A DNA stretch of 64,000 bases from Alphaproteobacteria bacterium (GCA_029268305.1 JAJUGE010000005.1:28969-92968), one strand, 5' to 3'; counted from the first letter of the stretch, positions 45,410 through 55,015 are shown. Translations and numbers: made by a program. Notes: generated by a model not told the origin, from the sequence alone.

Positions 45410-46327
45410 TCACAGGGGCGGCGGATCGACCGCGATGACGGCTTCGGCCAGGCTGTTGTCAACGCACTGCTCGAACTCCGCGCCCTTGGCGATGAAGCCG
45501 CTCTCGATCATGCTCCGCCGCAGTCGGTCAAAGCCGTCGCGCGGCAGGATCGGGTTTCGGCCGTAGACGCCGAGGCTTCGGTACCGGTCGATCGCCGCCG
45601 CCATGATTCCCCCGTCAGCCTGCGGGAAGTAGGCTTCCACGGCGGCGTGCACCGCGGAGCCGTCATGATCTTGCAGCCATTTCTGCACTCGATAGATGGC
45701 CCGCGTCATCGCCAGGAGCTCGTCACGTCGCTCTGCCAACGTCGCGCGGCGGGTATAGAACGAGGTATAGGCCGTGTGACCTCGGTCGGCGGCGGCATAC
45801 CAGAGATGGGCGCCGCTGCGCAGCAGTTCCTCGGCATACGGCTGGAAGAGCTGAACCACGTCGACCGCGCCTGCGCGCAATGCATCCGCGTTCTCGGGCA
45901 TGGTGCGGCTGGAAACGGCATCGATCGCTTCCGGATCTATGCCGGCCTGGCGCATATCCTCCTGCAGGCAGAGCCACGGCGTCGGGACTTCCGACACGAT
46001 TCCCACACTCGGTCCGACCAGGTCGCGAAAGCGAAATGCAGGGTTCGGCTCCCGTCCGATCAGGAAGAAGGGATCGCGAGTCACCACCTCGCAGAAACAG
46101 ACGAGGTCGCAATCCGAGTCCTGGTCATGATGCATCAGCACGCGTAACGGTCCACCCCACGCGACATCCGCTTCGCCGCGCCTGAGCGCCGAAATGGTCG
46201 CACCGGGCGTCGGCGACTCCGCCAGTACCACGTCGACGCCTTCCGCTTCGTACGCACCGAGCGCGTGCGCCGCGTAGAAGGGCGCATAGAACATCGCGCG
46301 GAAATTTTCGCAGAGCGTAATGGACAT
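45410..46327 (-). CDS. NMT1/THI5-like (NitT/TauT-type binding-protein fold) protein without a signal peptide
   Basis: ATG at 46327 follows AGGAG. The product starts MSITLCENFRAMFYAPFYAAHALGAYEAEGVDVVL with no hydrophobic leader. No ABC permease or ATPase is adjacent. Confidence 0.65.
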   Translation of the reverse strand: MSITLCENFRAMFYAPFYAAHALGAYEAEGVDVVLAESPTPGATISALRRGEADVAWGGPLRVLMHHDQDSDCDLVCFCEVVTRDPFFLIGREPNPAFRFRDLVGPSVGIVSEVPTPWLCLQEDMRQAGIDPEAIDAVSSRTMPENADALRAGAVDVVQLFQPYAEELLRSGAHLWYAAADRGHTAYTSFYTRRATLAERRDELLAMTRAIYRVQKWLQDHDGSAVHAAVEAYFPQADGGIMAAAIDRYRSLGVYGRNPILPRDGFDRLRRSMIESGFIAKGAEFEQCVDNSLAEAVIAVDPPPL

Positions 46328-46543
46328 CGGAGCTGCTCCTGATGCGTGGGGATACTCACACTCTACGACCGCTCTGAAAAGACCGCGAAGGTTTCGCCCG
46401 AAGGCTGGCCGGATTAGAGTTTTCGTCGGGCGGGACTGCCGACGACCGCTGCGCGGTACCTCTTCGCCCGTTCCGAGGCGGTTGCGGGGATACATCGGCC
46501 TCGACCGAACGAGCACTTTCCGCATGGAGTGGAGGTCTGTGGG

Positions 46544-47308
46544 ATGGCTGATCTAGCGGGGCGCGTCGCCTTGGTGACCGGCGGCAATGGCGGCATCGGC
46601 GAAGGTGCTGCCCGCGCGCTGGCAAAGGAAGGCGCGGCCGTAGTCATTGTCGCCAGACGTCGCGATGCATGCGAACGGGTCGCCCGTGAAATCGAGGCTG
46701 ATGGCGGCCGGGCGATTGCCCTTGCCTGCGACGTCACCGACTATGACGGCGTGGTCGAGGCGGTGCGCCAGTGCGAGCGGTCCCTCGGGAGTCCGTCGAT
46801 CCTGATCAACAATGCAGGCGTCATCGACCCGATCGCCCGGATCGAGACGTCGGATCCGGCGGAATGGGCGAGAAACATCACCATCAATCTGATCGGAGCC
46901 TACAACTGCGTTCGGGCTGTGCTGCCCGTCTTCAAGAAGGCCGGAGGCGGTATCATCGTCAACGTCAGCTCCGGCGCTGCTTTCCGGCCACTCGAGGGAT
47001 GGAGCGCCTACTGCGCCGGGAAGGCAGGCATGGCGATGCTCACGCGTTCGATCGCGCTCGAGGAGCTGGCGAACGGCATTCGCGTCTATGGCTTTCAGCC
47101 GGGCACGACCGATACGGACATGCAGGTCACGATCCGCGCCTCCGGAATCAATCCGATCAGCCAGATCCCGCGCGAGAAGCTGCTTCCGGTCCGAACGCCG
47201 AGCCGGATCATCGCCTGGCTCTGCACCGACGCCGCCGCGGACCTTTCCGGTCAGGAGCTGAGCGTGAACGACGATGGCCTCCGCCGACGCGCCGGCCTGA
47301 CGGCCTGA
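46544..47308 (+). CDS. SDR family oxidoreductase
   Basis: ATG at 46544. The product starts MADLAGRVALVTGGNGGIGEG, with NNAG and the catalytic YCAGK (YxxxK). Confidence 0.9.
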   Translation: MADLAGRVALVTGGNGGIGEGAARALAKEGAAVVIVARRRDACERVAREIEADGGRAIALACDVTDYDGVVEAVRQCERSLGSPSILINNAGVIDPIARIETSDPAEWARNITINLIGAYNCVRAVLPVFKKAGGGIIVNVSSGAAFRPLEGWSAYCAGKAGMAMLTRSIALEELANGIRVYGFQPGTTDTDMQVTIRASGINPISQIPREKLLPVRTPSRIIAWLCTDAAADLSGQELSVNDDGLRRRAGLTA

Positions 47309-47341
47309 GCCCGGCCGCGATCGAGATCGGAAGGAGCGGGA

Positions 47342-50300
47342 ATGTACTTCGATGCGCGCCTCTGGCGCTTCACCGAAGGTGTGCGGGGGCAGATGGCCCT
47401 CAGCGTCGCACTGGGCTTCGCGGCCTCGGTATTCGCGATCGGCCGCCTGGCGATGCTCGGCTGGCTGATCGCCCGGATCTACCAGGGCGCGCCGGCGGAG
47501 GAGCTCGCCGCCCTGACGGGCGCCATCATCGTGGTCGTTCTGCTGCGCGGCGTGCTGCAATATGCGAAAGACATGGTGGCGCACCGCACCGCCGGTCTGG
47601 TGCAAGGCGTGATCCGGCGGCGCCTCTATGACCATCTGGTGCTTCTCGGGCCGGCTTTCGTCAATCAGGAGCGCTCGGGCGACGTCACTCTGTCCCTCGT
47701 CGACGGGGTCGAGCAGCTGGAGACCTATTTCGGCCAGTATCTGCCGCAGGTCGCGATCGCTGCCCTGACCCCGATAGCACTGTTCGGGTTCATGACCTTC
47801 CTGGATGTGCCGGTCGCTACGGTGTTCCTCGTAGCCGCTCTCGCTACCCTGGTGGCGCCCTCGGTGTTTCATCGCTGGAACCGGCGGCATGCGCTCCGGC
47901 GCCGCAACGCCTACGGCTCGTTCGCCGCAGAGTTTCTTGATGCCATTCAGGGCCTGGCGACGCTGAAGGCGTTCGGGCAGAGCCGGGAGCGGGGCAGGCG
48001 CCTCGCGGAACGCGCCCGCGAGGTGTTCCGCACGACGATGTGGGTGCTGGCGAGCAATGCGCTGACCCACGGCATCACCGTGGCGGGAATTGCCATAGGC
48101 GCGGCCGTGGCGCTCGCCATCGGCGCGATGCGGGTCGTCGACGGCGAGATGGCGCTCGGTACGCTCGTCATCATCCTGATGCTTGGGACGGAGGCGTTTC
48201 GGCCGCTGCGCGAGCTGAGCACGCTGCTGCACAACGGCATGGTCGGTCTTTCGGCGGCCGAGGGCGTGGCGAGACTGCTCGCGGCGGAGCCGCTCGTCCG
48301 GGACGAGGGAAATGGCGAAGGCTCGATCGGCGAGCTCGAGCCGACGATCTCGTTCGAGAACGTCACCTTCGCCTATCCCGGTGGTCGCGCGCCAACGCAT
48401 ACCGGGCTCAGCTTCCAGGTCGCGGCGGGCGAGCGCGTCGCGATCGTCGGCCCCAGCGGCAGCGGAAAGTCGTCGATCGTCCGGCTGCTGCTTCGTCTCT
48501 ACGACCCCACCGAGGGGGTGGTCAGCTTCGGCGGAGAGGATCTGCGCCGGCTTCCGCTCGGCGAGTTTCGCAAGCGAATTGCCGTGGTAGGCCAGGATAC
48601 TTTTCTCTTCCATGGCTCGGTCGAGGAGAACATTCGCTTCGGCAATCCCGATGCGAGCCGCGCGGACATCGAAGCAGCGGCCGCCGCCGCCAATGCCCAC
48701 GAGTTCATCCGAGCATTGCCGCACGGCTACGCGACGATCATCGGCGAGCGTGGCATCCGGCTTTCGGGCGGGCAGCGCCAGCGCATCGCCATCGCGCGTG
48801 CGATCCTGCGTGACGCGCCGGTGCTGGTGTTGGACGAAGCTCTCTCGTCGGTCGATGCCGAGAACGAATGGCTGATCCAGGAAGCGCTGGGACGCCTGAT
48901 GCAAGGCAGGACGACCCTGATCTTCGCCCACCGGCTGTCGAGCGTGATCGATGCCGACAGGATTCTCGCACTCGAAGGAGGGCGGGTCGCAGAGAGCGGG
49001 ACGCATCGCGAGTTGATGCAACGTCGCGGCGCTTACTGGCGGCTGATGTCCGAGCAGGCCAAGGAAGCATCAGGCAGTCGCACGATCGATCAGGTTCCCG
49101 AGGCCGCGGAATTGCCCGCGTTGGCGCGCGAAGACGCCGTCACCGCCGCCGAGGCCGAGGCGCAGTTCGCGCCCACCGAGGCGGTGCTGCGGGCCGAAGG
49201 AATGGGGTGGGGCGAAACGATGGGCGTATTACTGCGCCTGGTCGCACCCTGGAGGAACAAGCTGATTGCAACGCTGCTCCTCGGGATCGCCCGGGTGGTT
49301 ACGCTGATCGGGGTCGGTGTCGCCGGCGGTCTTACGGTCGCCGCTCTCAAGAACGGCGAGCCCTTCGGTCTGTATCTTGCGGTTCTAGCCGTGGTTGCCC
49401 CGATGACGGCCGTTCTTCATTGGGTCGAATCGTGGGTCTCACACGATGTCGCGTTCCGGCTTCTCGCGGAGATGCGGATCGCCCTCTTCGACAAGCTGGA
49501 CGCGCTCGCCCCCGCTTACCTTACCCGACGTCGCACGGGAGATCTGGTCGGCCTCGCGACGCAGGACGTGGAGCTGGTCGAGTATTTCTTCGCCCATACC
49601 ATCGCTCCGGCTTTCGTCGCCATCCTCGTTCCGGGTGCCGTGGTAGCCACGCTGCTCGCGTTTGGCTGGCCGCTAGCCGTGGCGTTGCTGCCGTTTCTGC
49701 TGGCGGTCGGGATTGGCCCCATCCTTCTGCGTCGCCGCGTCGACGAAGCCGGCAGCCGATCACGCGAGGCGCTGGCCGAGCTGAACGCCCACGCGGTCGA
49801 CACAGCTCAGGGGGTGTCGGAAATCGTGGCGTTCGGCCAGGAAGCCCGGCGTGGCCGCGACTTCGACGCATTGGGACGATCGCACCTCGACGCGCGGATG
49901 CCGTTCTTCCGAGATCTCACCCTCCAGAAGGTGACGCTCGATGCGGCAACCGGGCTCGGCGGGCTCGCCGTCGTGGTGACTGGAGCTGTTATGGTCTCGC
50001 AGGGAAGCATGGACTCGGCCGTTCTGCCTCTGCTGACACTGCTGGCAATGGCGTCCTTCCTGCCGGTCTCGGAGATCGGCGAGGTCGGAAGGCGGCTCGC
50101 CGACACCCTGGCCGCGACGCGACGCCTCTACGGCGTGCACAAGGAGCCGGTGCCGGTTCAGGACGGACCCGGCGTAAACGCCGCCCGCAGGGATGGTTCG
50201 GCGGCGGCAGTCGAGCTGGATGAAGTCGTATTCACTTATCCCGGCAGAGAGACATCGGCTTTGTGCGGCGTGTCGTTCGCGGCGCCGGCGGGGAGCACCG

Positions 50301-50944
50301 TCGCCATCGTCGGGCCCTCCGGCGCCGGCAAGACGACGGTAGCGCAGTTACTGCTTCGCTTCTGGGATCCCGACTCCGGCGCTCTTCGCATCGACGGGCA
50401 CGATCTCCGCGAGTACCGGCTCGACGAGTTGCGGCAGCGGATCGCCCTGGTGGCCCAGGACACTTACCTCTTCAACGACAGCCTCCGGTCCAACATCCTG
50501 ATCGCCAAGCCGGATGCGACCGAAGTCGAGCTGGAGAAAGCGCTGTCTGACGCCGCTCTCAGCGATTTCGTCTCGCAGCTTCCCAACGGGCTCGACACGA
50601 TCGTCGGCGAGCGAGGGGCGCATTTGTCGGGGGGGCAGCGCCAGCGGATTGCGATCGCGCGCGCTTTTCTGAAGGACGCGCCGATCCTCATCCTCGATGA
50701 AGCCACCTCCCACCTCGACGCGGTTAGCGAACTGGCGGTGCGGCGCGCGCTCGACCGTTTGATGGAACACCGGACCACGATCGTGATCGCGCACAGGCTT
50801 TCGACGATCCGAAACGCAGACATGATCGTCGTCATGGAGAAGGGCCGCATCGCCGAGTGCGGCAGCCACGCCGCTCTTCTGGCGAAAGGAGGGCTCTACG
50901 CTCACCTCGTCACGCGACAGCTCGCCGGCGCCGCGGCCGAATAG
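47342..50944 (+). CDS. Fused full-length ABC exporter, TMD-NBD-TMD-NBD (CydD/CydC-like halves)
   Basis: A single 1200-aa ORF. NBD1 has GPSGSGKSS, LSGGQRQRIAIARA and VLVLDEALS. NBD2 has GPSGAGKTT, LSGGQRQRIAIARA and ILILDEATS. Each NBD is preceded by about 6 TM helices. The N-terminal half resembles CydD. Confidence 0.88.
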   Translation: MYFDARLWRFTEGVRGQMALSVALGFAASVFAIGRLAMLGWLIARIYQGAPAEELAALTGAIIVVVLLRGVLQYAKDMVAHRTAGLVQGVIRRRLYDHLVLLGPAFVNQERSGDVTLSLVDGVEQLETYFGQYLPQVAIAALTPIALFGFMTFLDVPVATVFLVAALATLVAPSVFHRWNRRHALRRRNAYGSFAAEFLDAIQGLATLKAFGQSRERGRRLAERAREVFRTTMWVLASNALTHGITVAGIAIGAAVALAIGAMRVVDGEMALGTLVIILMLGTEAFRPLRELSTLLHNGMVGLSAAEGVARLLAAEPLVRDEGNGEGSIGELEPTISFENVTFAYPGGRAPTHTGLSFQVAAGERVAIVGPSGSGKSSIVRLLLRLYDPTEGVVSFGGEDLRRLPLGEFRKRIAVVGQDTFLFHGSVEENIRFGNPDASRADIEAAAAAANAHEFIRALPHGYATIIGERGIRLSGGQRQRIAIARAILRDAPVLVLDEALSSVDAENEWLIQEALGRLMQGRTTLIFAHRLSSVIDADRILALEGGRVAESGTHRELMQRRGAYWRLMSEQAKEASGSRTIDQVPEAAELPALAREDAVTAAEAEAQFAPTEAVLRAEGMGWGETMGVLLRLVAPWRNKLIATLLLGIARVVTLIGVGVAGGLTVAALKNGEPFGLYLAVLAVVAPMTAVLHWVESWVSHDVAFRLLAEMRIALFDKLDALAPAYLTRRRTGDLVGLATQDVELVEYFFAHTIAPAFVAILVPGAVVATLLAFGWPLAVALLPFLLAVGIGPILLRRRVDEAGSRSREALAELNAHAVDTAQGVSEIVAFGQEARRGRDFDALGRSHLDARMPFFRDLTLQKVTLDAATGLGGLAVVVTGAVMVSQGSMDSAVLPLLTLLAMASFLPVSEIGEVGRRLADTLAATRRLYGVHKEPVPVQDGPGVNAARRDGSAAAVELDEVVFTYPGRETSALCGVSFAAPAGSTVAIVGPSGAGKTTVAQLLLRFWDPDSGALRIDGHDLREYRLDELRQRIALVAQDTYLFNDSLRSNILIAKPDATEVELEKALSDAALSDFVSQLPNGLDTIVGERGAHLSGGQRQRIAIARAFLKDAPILILDEATSHLDAVSELAVRRALDRLMEHRTTIVIAHRLSTIRNADMIVVMEKGRIAECGSHAALLAKGGLYAHLVTRQLAGAAAE

Positions 50945-50955
50945 CGCAAATAGAA

Positions 50956-50976
50956 GGGGGCCCTAGGAGGGCCCCC
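50956..50976 (+). terminator. GC-rich hairpin just after the ABC exporter stop (possible terminator, no U-tract)
   Basis: GGGGGCCCT (50956..50964), loop AGG, AGGGCCCCC (50968..50976): a 9-bp perfect stem. Confidence 0.4.
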
Positions 50977-51278
50977 CAGAACCGGTTCCGCGCAACCGGA
51001 AAGCCGCACCACATATGTCCGTCATCGATGGCAGGTGCCACCATCCTTGGTTTCCCGCCGGACCACGGGGACGCAGCCGCGGGAGCAGCGAACTGGCGTC
51101 TCGTGCAGCAACTTCGGACTATGTTCCGGTCGGCCCCCGCACGAACATTACAATCTCATGCCACGATGAAAAACTTTCTAATGCTGTGGGAAAGGTCACC
51201 ATTTCGACCAATTCTCATAGAACTCATGGCGACCGGCGGCCGGCATCCCAAAAGCCCTGCAAAACTGGGCCTCGGCCT

Positions 51279-54206
51279 TCAGACCGATAGGGCAGATTCG
51301 AGAACGCGGACTGTGTGAAGCGCTTCGACGGCCGCGCCGTCCCGGATCTGATGTCGGCAGCTCGTGCCGTCGGCGACGATCAGGCTGCCTTCCGATTCGG
51401 CCCGGACAGCCGGAAGCAGGGCCGCTTCCGCCATTTTCATCGAGACGTCGTAGTGCGAGGCTTCATAGCCGAAAGCACCGGCCATGCCGCAGCAACCCGC
51501 TTCGATCGGCTTGGGCTCGAGGCCGGGCACGAGACGGAGGGTCGTCAGGATGGAATCGACGGCTCCGAACGACTTCTGGTGGCAGTGCCCATGAACCATC
51601 GCGCGAGATGCCGGCAAACGGTTTAGCGGGAGCGAGAGGCGCCCACGATCGCTTTCGGCGGCAATGAACTCCTCCATAAGGAACGTCTGCTCCGAGAGCG
51701 CCTCTGTTTCCGGACCGGGGATCAGAGCGTGGAACTCATCCCGGAGCGAGAGCAGGCATGCGGGCTCGAGGCCGATCACCGGCACGCCCGCCTCGACGTA
51801 GGATTTCAGCGCCGAAAGCGTGCGGCGTGCCTCGGTTCGGGCCTCGTCGACCATTCCCACCGAGAGAAACGTTCGGCCACAGCACAAGGGCCGCCGCGCG
51901 CCGGGTGCTGTCGGCGTGTGCACGTGATAGCCGCCGGCGCCGAGCACGCGCATCGCGGCCACGAGGTTCTCCGGCTCGAACGCCGCATTGAAGGTGTCGG
52001 CCAGAAGGACGACGTCCCGGCCGTCGCCCACCAGCTCTCCGCCGGGAGGCGGCCGGAAGGGCCTGTTCCTCCAGCGCGGCATCGACCGGTTGGCGCTGAA
52101 CCCGGTGAAGCGCTCCGCGAGGGCCGCCACTCCTGGCAGTGAATCACGAAGGTTCAGCAGCGGCGCCAGGCGTGCCGCCCGGCCGGCGTAGCGAGGCAGG
52201 TAGCCGATCAACCGGTCCTTGAGCGACCAGCCATGGCGAGACTTGTAGTGGTGGAGAAACTCGATCTTCATCCGCGCCATGTCGACGCCGGTCGGACATT
52301 CGCGCCGGCAGCCCTTGCAGCCGACGCAGAGATCCATCGTCTCGAACATCTCGTCCGAGGTCAGGGCCTCGGGTCCGAGCTGCCCGGTCAGGGCGAGACG
52401 AAGCGTGTTGGCGCGGCCGCGCGTGAGATGCTGTTCGTCCTGTGTGGCGCGGAAGGAGGGGCACATCACGCCCGGCTCCATCTTCCGGCAGGTGCCATTG
52501 TTGTTGCACATCTCTGCCGCGCCGGCGAAGCCGCCCCAGGCGCTCCAGTCAAGGGCGGTCTCGATGGGCAGGGGCGAATATTCCGGCCGGTAGCGGAACA
52601 GCGAGCGGTCGTCCATGCGCGGCACGCGCACGATCTTCCCGGGATTGAACAGGTTCCCGGGATCGAACGTATCCTTCACCTCCTCGAAGGCGCGCACCAA
52701 GCGGCCCCCGAGCATCACCTCGTGGAATTCGGATCGTATGAGACCGTCACCGTGCTCGCCCGAATGGGAGCCCTTGTATTCGCGCACCATGGCGAAGGCT
52801 TCTTCGGCAATGGCGCGCATCTTCCGAGCGCCGTCTTCCTCCTTGAGGTTGAGGATGGGGCGCACATGCAGGAGGCCGACCGAGGCGTGCGCGTACCACG
52901 TGCCGCGTGTGCCATGCTTGTCGAATACCGCGGTGAGACGATCCGTGAACTCTGCGAGGTGCTCCAGCGGAACCGCACAGTCCTCGATGAACGAGACGGG
53001 CTTCCCAGTGCCCTTCATCGACATGACGATATTGAGGCCCGCTTCCCGAACGCTCCAGATGGCACGCTGGAACTCTGCTTCCTCGGCGCGGACGACACTG
53101 TCAGGGAAGCCGAGGTCCCCCATCAGCGCGGTGAGGTCATCGAGCTTGCGCCGCACATGATCGAATTCGTCGCCGGCGAACTCGACCAGGAGAAGGGCAT
53201 CCGGCTCGCCGCGCACGGCTCGTTGCACCGTGGCGCGAAATTGGCCCATCCGCCCCGACAATTCGATGATGGTTCGATCGACCAACTCCACCGCGTCCGG
53301 ACCGAGGCCGACGATGTGCTGGGTGGCCGCCATCGCATCGTGGAAGCGGGGAAAGTGGCAGACGCCGAGGACCCGGTGCGCGGGCAGCGGCTGCAGGGGA
53401 AGCTCGATCTCTGTGAAGAAACCCAGCGTGCCTTCGGATCCGACCAGCAGGTGGGCCAGATTGTGGCCGGCGGGGTCGACCGTGTGCAGATTGTAGCCGG
53501 CGACGTGCCGCAGGACCTTCGGCACCCGGCGGGCGATCTCGTCGGCCTCGCGCGCTGCCAGCGCGCGCATGCGCTGCGCGAGATCGAGCGTGCGCGGGTC
53601 GAAGTCGGCATCTCCGAGATTGCCCGGCACTGGGCCAAATGCGTGCGTCGTGCCGTCGGCGAGGATTGCCTTCAGCGACAACACGTTGTGGACCATGTTG
53701 CCGTAGCGGATCGAGCGCGAGCCGCACGAATTGTTGGCCGCCATGCCGCCGATCGTCGCGCGGCTGGCGGTGGAAATGTCTACGGGGAAGAAGAGGCCGT
53801 GCCGGGCGAGGGTCTTGTTGATCTGCCCGAGGATGGCACCCGGCTCGACCGTGATCCGCCGCCCTTCCAGATCCAGGTCGAGCACGGCGTTCAGATATCG
53901 ACTGGTGTCGATCACCAGCGCCTCGCCGACGGTCTGTCCGGCCTGGCTGGTGCCGCCGCCGCGGGCGAGAACGGGCACGCCCTCCTCGCGCGCGATCGAG
54001 ATCGCCGCTTCGACGTCCGCGATCGACCTGGGCCGGATCACCCCCACCGGTTCGATCTGGTAGATCGAGGCATCGGTGCTGTAGCGGCCGCGGTCGAAGC
54101 GGTCGAACAGCACCTCGCCCTCGATCTCCCGGCGGAGACGTGCCGCGAGGCCCGGGTCGCCGGGTTTGATCCGGCTGATGCCGATCTGGCGCGCTCCGTC
54201 CGGCAT
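51279..54206 (-). CDS. FAD-binding (FAD_binding_4 / GlcD-like) plus Fe-S (GlcF-like, 2x CxxCxxCxxxCP) plus Cys-rich domain oxidoreductase
   Basis: ATG at 54206 gives a 975-aa protein. The N-terminus is RGRYSTDASIYQIEPVGVIRP...ARGGGTSQAGQ. The Fe-S motifs are CNNNGTCRKMEPGVMCP and CVGCKGCRRECP. The rest of the 1258-aa track ORF is an off-frame extension over the next gene. Confidence 0.9.
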   Translation of the reverse strand: MPDGARQIGISRIKPGDPGLAARLRREIEGEVLFDRFDRGRYSTDASIYQIEPVGVIRPRSIADVEAAISIAREEGVPVLARGGGTSQAGQTVGEALVIDTSRYLNAVLDLDLEGRRITVEPGAILGQINKTLARHGLFFPVDISTASRATIGGMAANNSCGSRSIRYGNMVHNVLSLKAILADGTTHAFGPVPGNLGDADFDPRTLDLAQRMRALAAREADEIARRVPKVLRHVAGYNLHTVDPAGHNLAHLLVGSEGTLGFFTEIELPLQPLPAHRVLGVCHFPRFHDAMAATQHIVGLGPDAVELVDRTIIELSGRMGQFRATVQRAVRGEPDALLLVEFAGDEFDHVRRKLDDLTALMGDLGFPDSVVRAEEAEFQRAIWSVREAGLNIVMSMKGTGKPVSFIEDCAVPLEHLAEFTDRLTAVFDKHGTRGTWYAHASVGLLHVRPILNLKEEDGARKMRAIAEEAFAMVREYKGSHSGEHGDGLIRSEFHEVMLGGRLVRAFEEVKDTFDPGNLFNPGKIVRVPRMDDRSLFRYRPEYSPLPIETALDWSAWGGFAGAAEMCNNNGTCRKMEPGVMCPSFRATQDEQHLTRGRANTLRLALTGQLGPEALTSDEMFETMDLCVGCKGCRRECPTGVDMARMKIEFLHHYKSRHGWSLKDRLIGYLPRYAGRAARLAPLLNLRDSLPGVAALAERFTGFSANRSMPRWRNRPFRPPPGGELVGDGRDVVLLADTFNAAFEPENLVAAMRVLGAGGYHVHTPTAPGARRPLCCGRTFLSVGMVDEARTEARRTLSALKSYVEAGVPVIGLEPACLLSLRDEFHALIPGPETEALSEQTFLMEEFIAAESDRGRLSLPLNRLPASRAMVHGHCHQKSFGAVDSILTTLRLVPGLEPKPIEAGCCGMAGAFGYEASHYDVSMKMAEAALLPAVRAESEGSLIVADGTSCRHQIRDGAAVEALHTVRVLESALSV

Positions 54207-54220
54207 GGTGCCGGCTGCTG

Positions 54221-55015
54221 TCAGGCGGCCGGGTACCAGGATGGCTGCCGCTTCTCGATGAAGCTGTCGAGCCCTTCCGAGGCCTCGGGGCTCATCCGCT
54301 TGGCCGCGTGGTGGCGGGCGAGCTTGTCGGCGAGCGGGTCGTCGACGAGCTGCCCGGCGAGCTCGAGCGCGAGCAGCTTCGTCTGCGCCATGGCGTCGGG
54401 GCCGGCCAGGAGGAAGGCTTCGATGATCGGTTCCGCCGCCTCGTCCAGTTTGCCGGTCGCGCACACTTCGTCGACAAGGCCGAGCTCCTTGGCGCGCGCC
54501 GCGCCGAAACGCTCGCTCGACATCGCATAGCGCCGGACATTCTTCAGGCCCATGCGGGCGTTGAGCTGCGGGATGATGGGCGACGCGACCAGGCCCCAGC
54601 GCGTTTCGGTGATCGCGAAGATCGTCTCCTCGGACGCGATCACCACGTCGCACGCCGAAATCATGCCGATGCCTCCGCCGAAGCAGCCGCCGTGCACCAG
54701 CGCGATCGTCGGTTTCGGAAGCTGGTTCAGACCGCGGACCGCGTTCGTCGTGTTCATGGAAACGACCAGGTTCTCGGCTTCGGTGAGGTCCCTGTTGGCT
54801 TTCACCCATTTCAGATCTGCGCCGGCCTGGAAGTGCTTGCCGTTGCCTCGGATCACCACGACGCGCACCGAATCGTCTGTGGCGACGGCGCCGGCAGCGT
54901 CGATGAGGCCCTGGATCATCTCTGCGTTGTAGGCGTTGTGAACCTCGGGGCGGTTCAGCGTGATCGTCGCCACGCCGCGAGCGTCGACGTCGGTAAGGAC
55001 GATGGAGTCGGTCAT
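54221..55015 (-). CDS. Enoyl-CoA hydratase/isomerase (crotonase) family protein
   Basis: The 264-aa product has ITLNRPEVHNAYN, RVVVIRGNGKHFQAGADLK and LVHGGCFGGG. It ends 14 nt before the FAD/Fe-S gene start. Confidence 0.9.
   Translation of the reverse strand: MTDSIVLTDVDARGVATITLNRPEVHNAYNAEMIQGLIDAAGAVATDDSVRVVVIRGNGKHFQAGADLKWVKANRDLTEAENLVVSMNTTNAVRGLNQLPKPTIALVHGGCFGGGIGMISACDVVIASEETIFAITETRWGLVASPIIPQLNARMGLKNVRRYAMSSERFGAARAKELGLVDEVCATGKLDEAAEPIIEAFLLAGPDAMAQTKLLALELAGQLVDDPLADKLARHHAAKRMSPEASEGLDSFIEKRQPSWYPAA

Noticed and set aside
46328-46543. Possible TPP riboswitch upstream of the NMT1/THI5-like gene
   Set aside because: I found none of the conserved TPP-riboswitch elements (CUGAGA and the ACCUGAUCUGGAUAAUGCCAGCG-like pyrimidine-sensing helix) on either strand. 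The region looks like an ordinary divergent promoter spacer.
46553-49021. The 822-aa minus-strand ORF, plus the similar long shadow ORFs 5025..6668(-), 8184..9536(-), 15592..16659(-), 16781..17803(-), 20421..21644(+), 22609..24264(-), 24525..25850(-) and 52233..54530(+)
   Set aside because: All lie antisense to or off-frame over genes with clear family motifs (ABC NBDs, Fe-ADH, SDR, carbamoylase, bactofilin, prfC, CoA-transferase, TadG, FAD oxidoreductase). Their translations are Arg/Pro/Gly/His-rich with no recognisable motifs, which is the usual stop-codon-poor shadow of high-GC coding DNA.
47342-50944. The fused ABC exporter as the type I secretion ABC for the RTX protein 4 kb downstream
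   Set aside because: Its architecture is (TMD-NBD)2 with CydD/CydC-like halves. It is not a HlyB-type half-transporter with a C39 or C39-like N-domain. No HlyD-type adaptor or TolC gene accompanies it, and two unrelated minus-strand genes separate it from the RTX gene.
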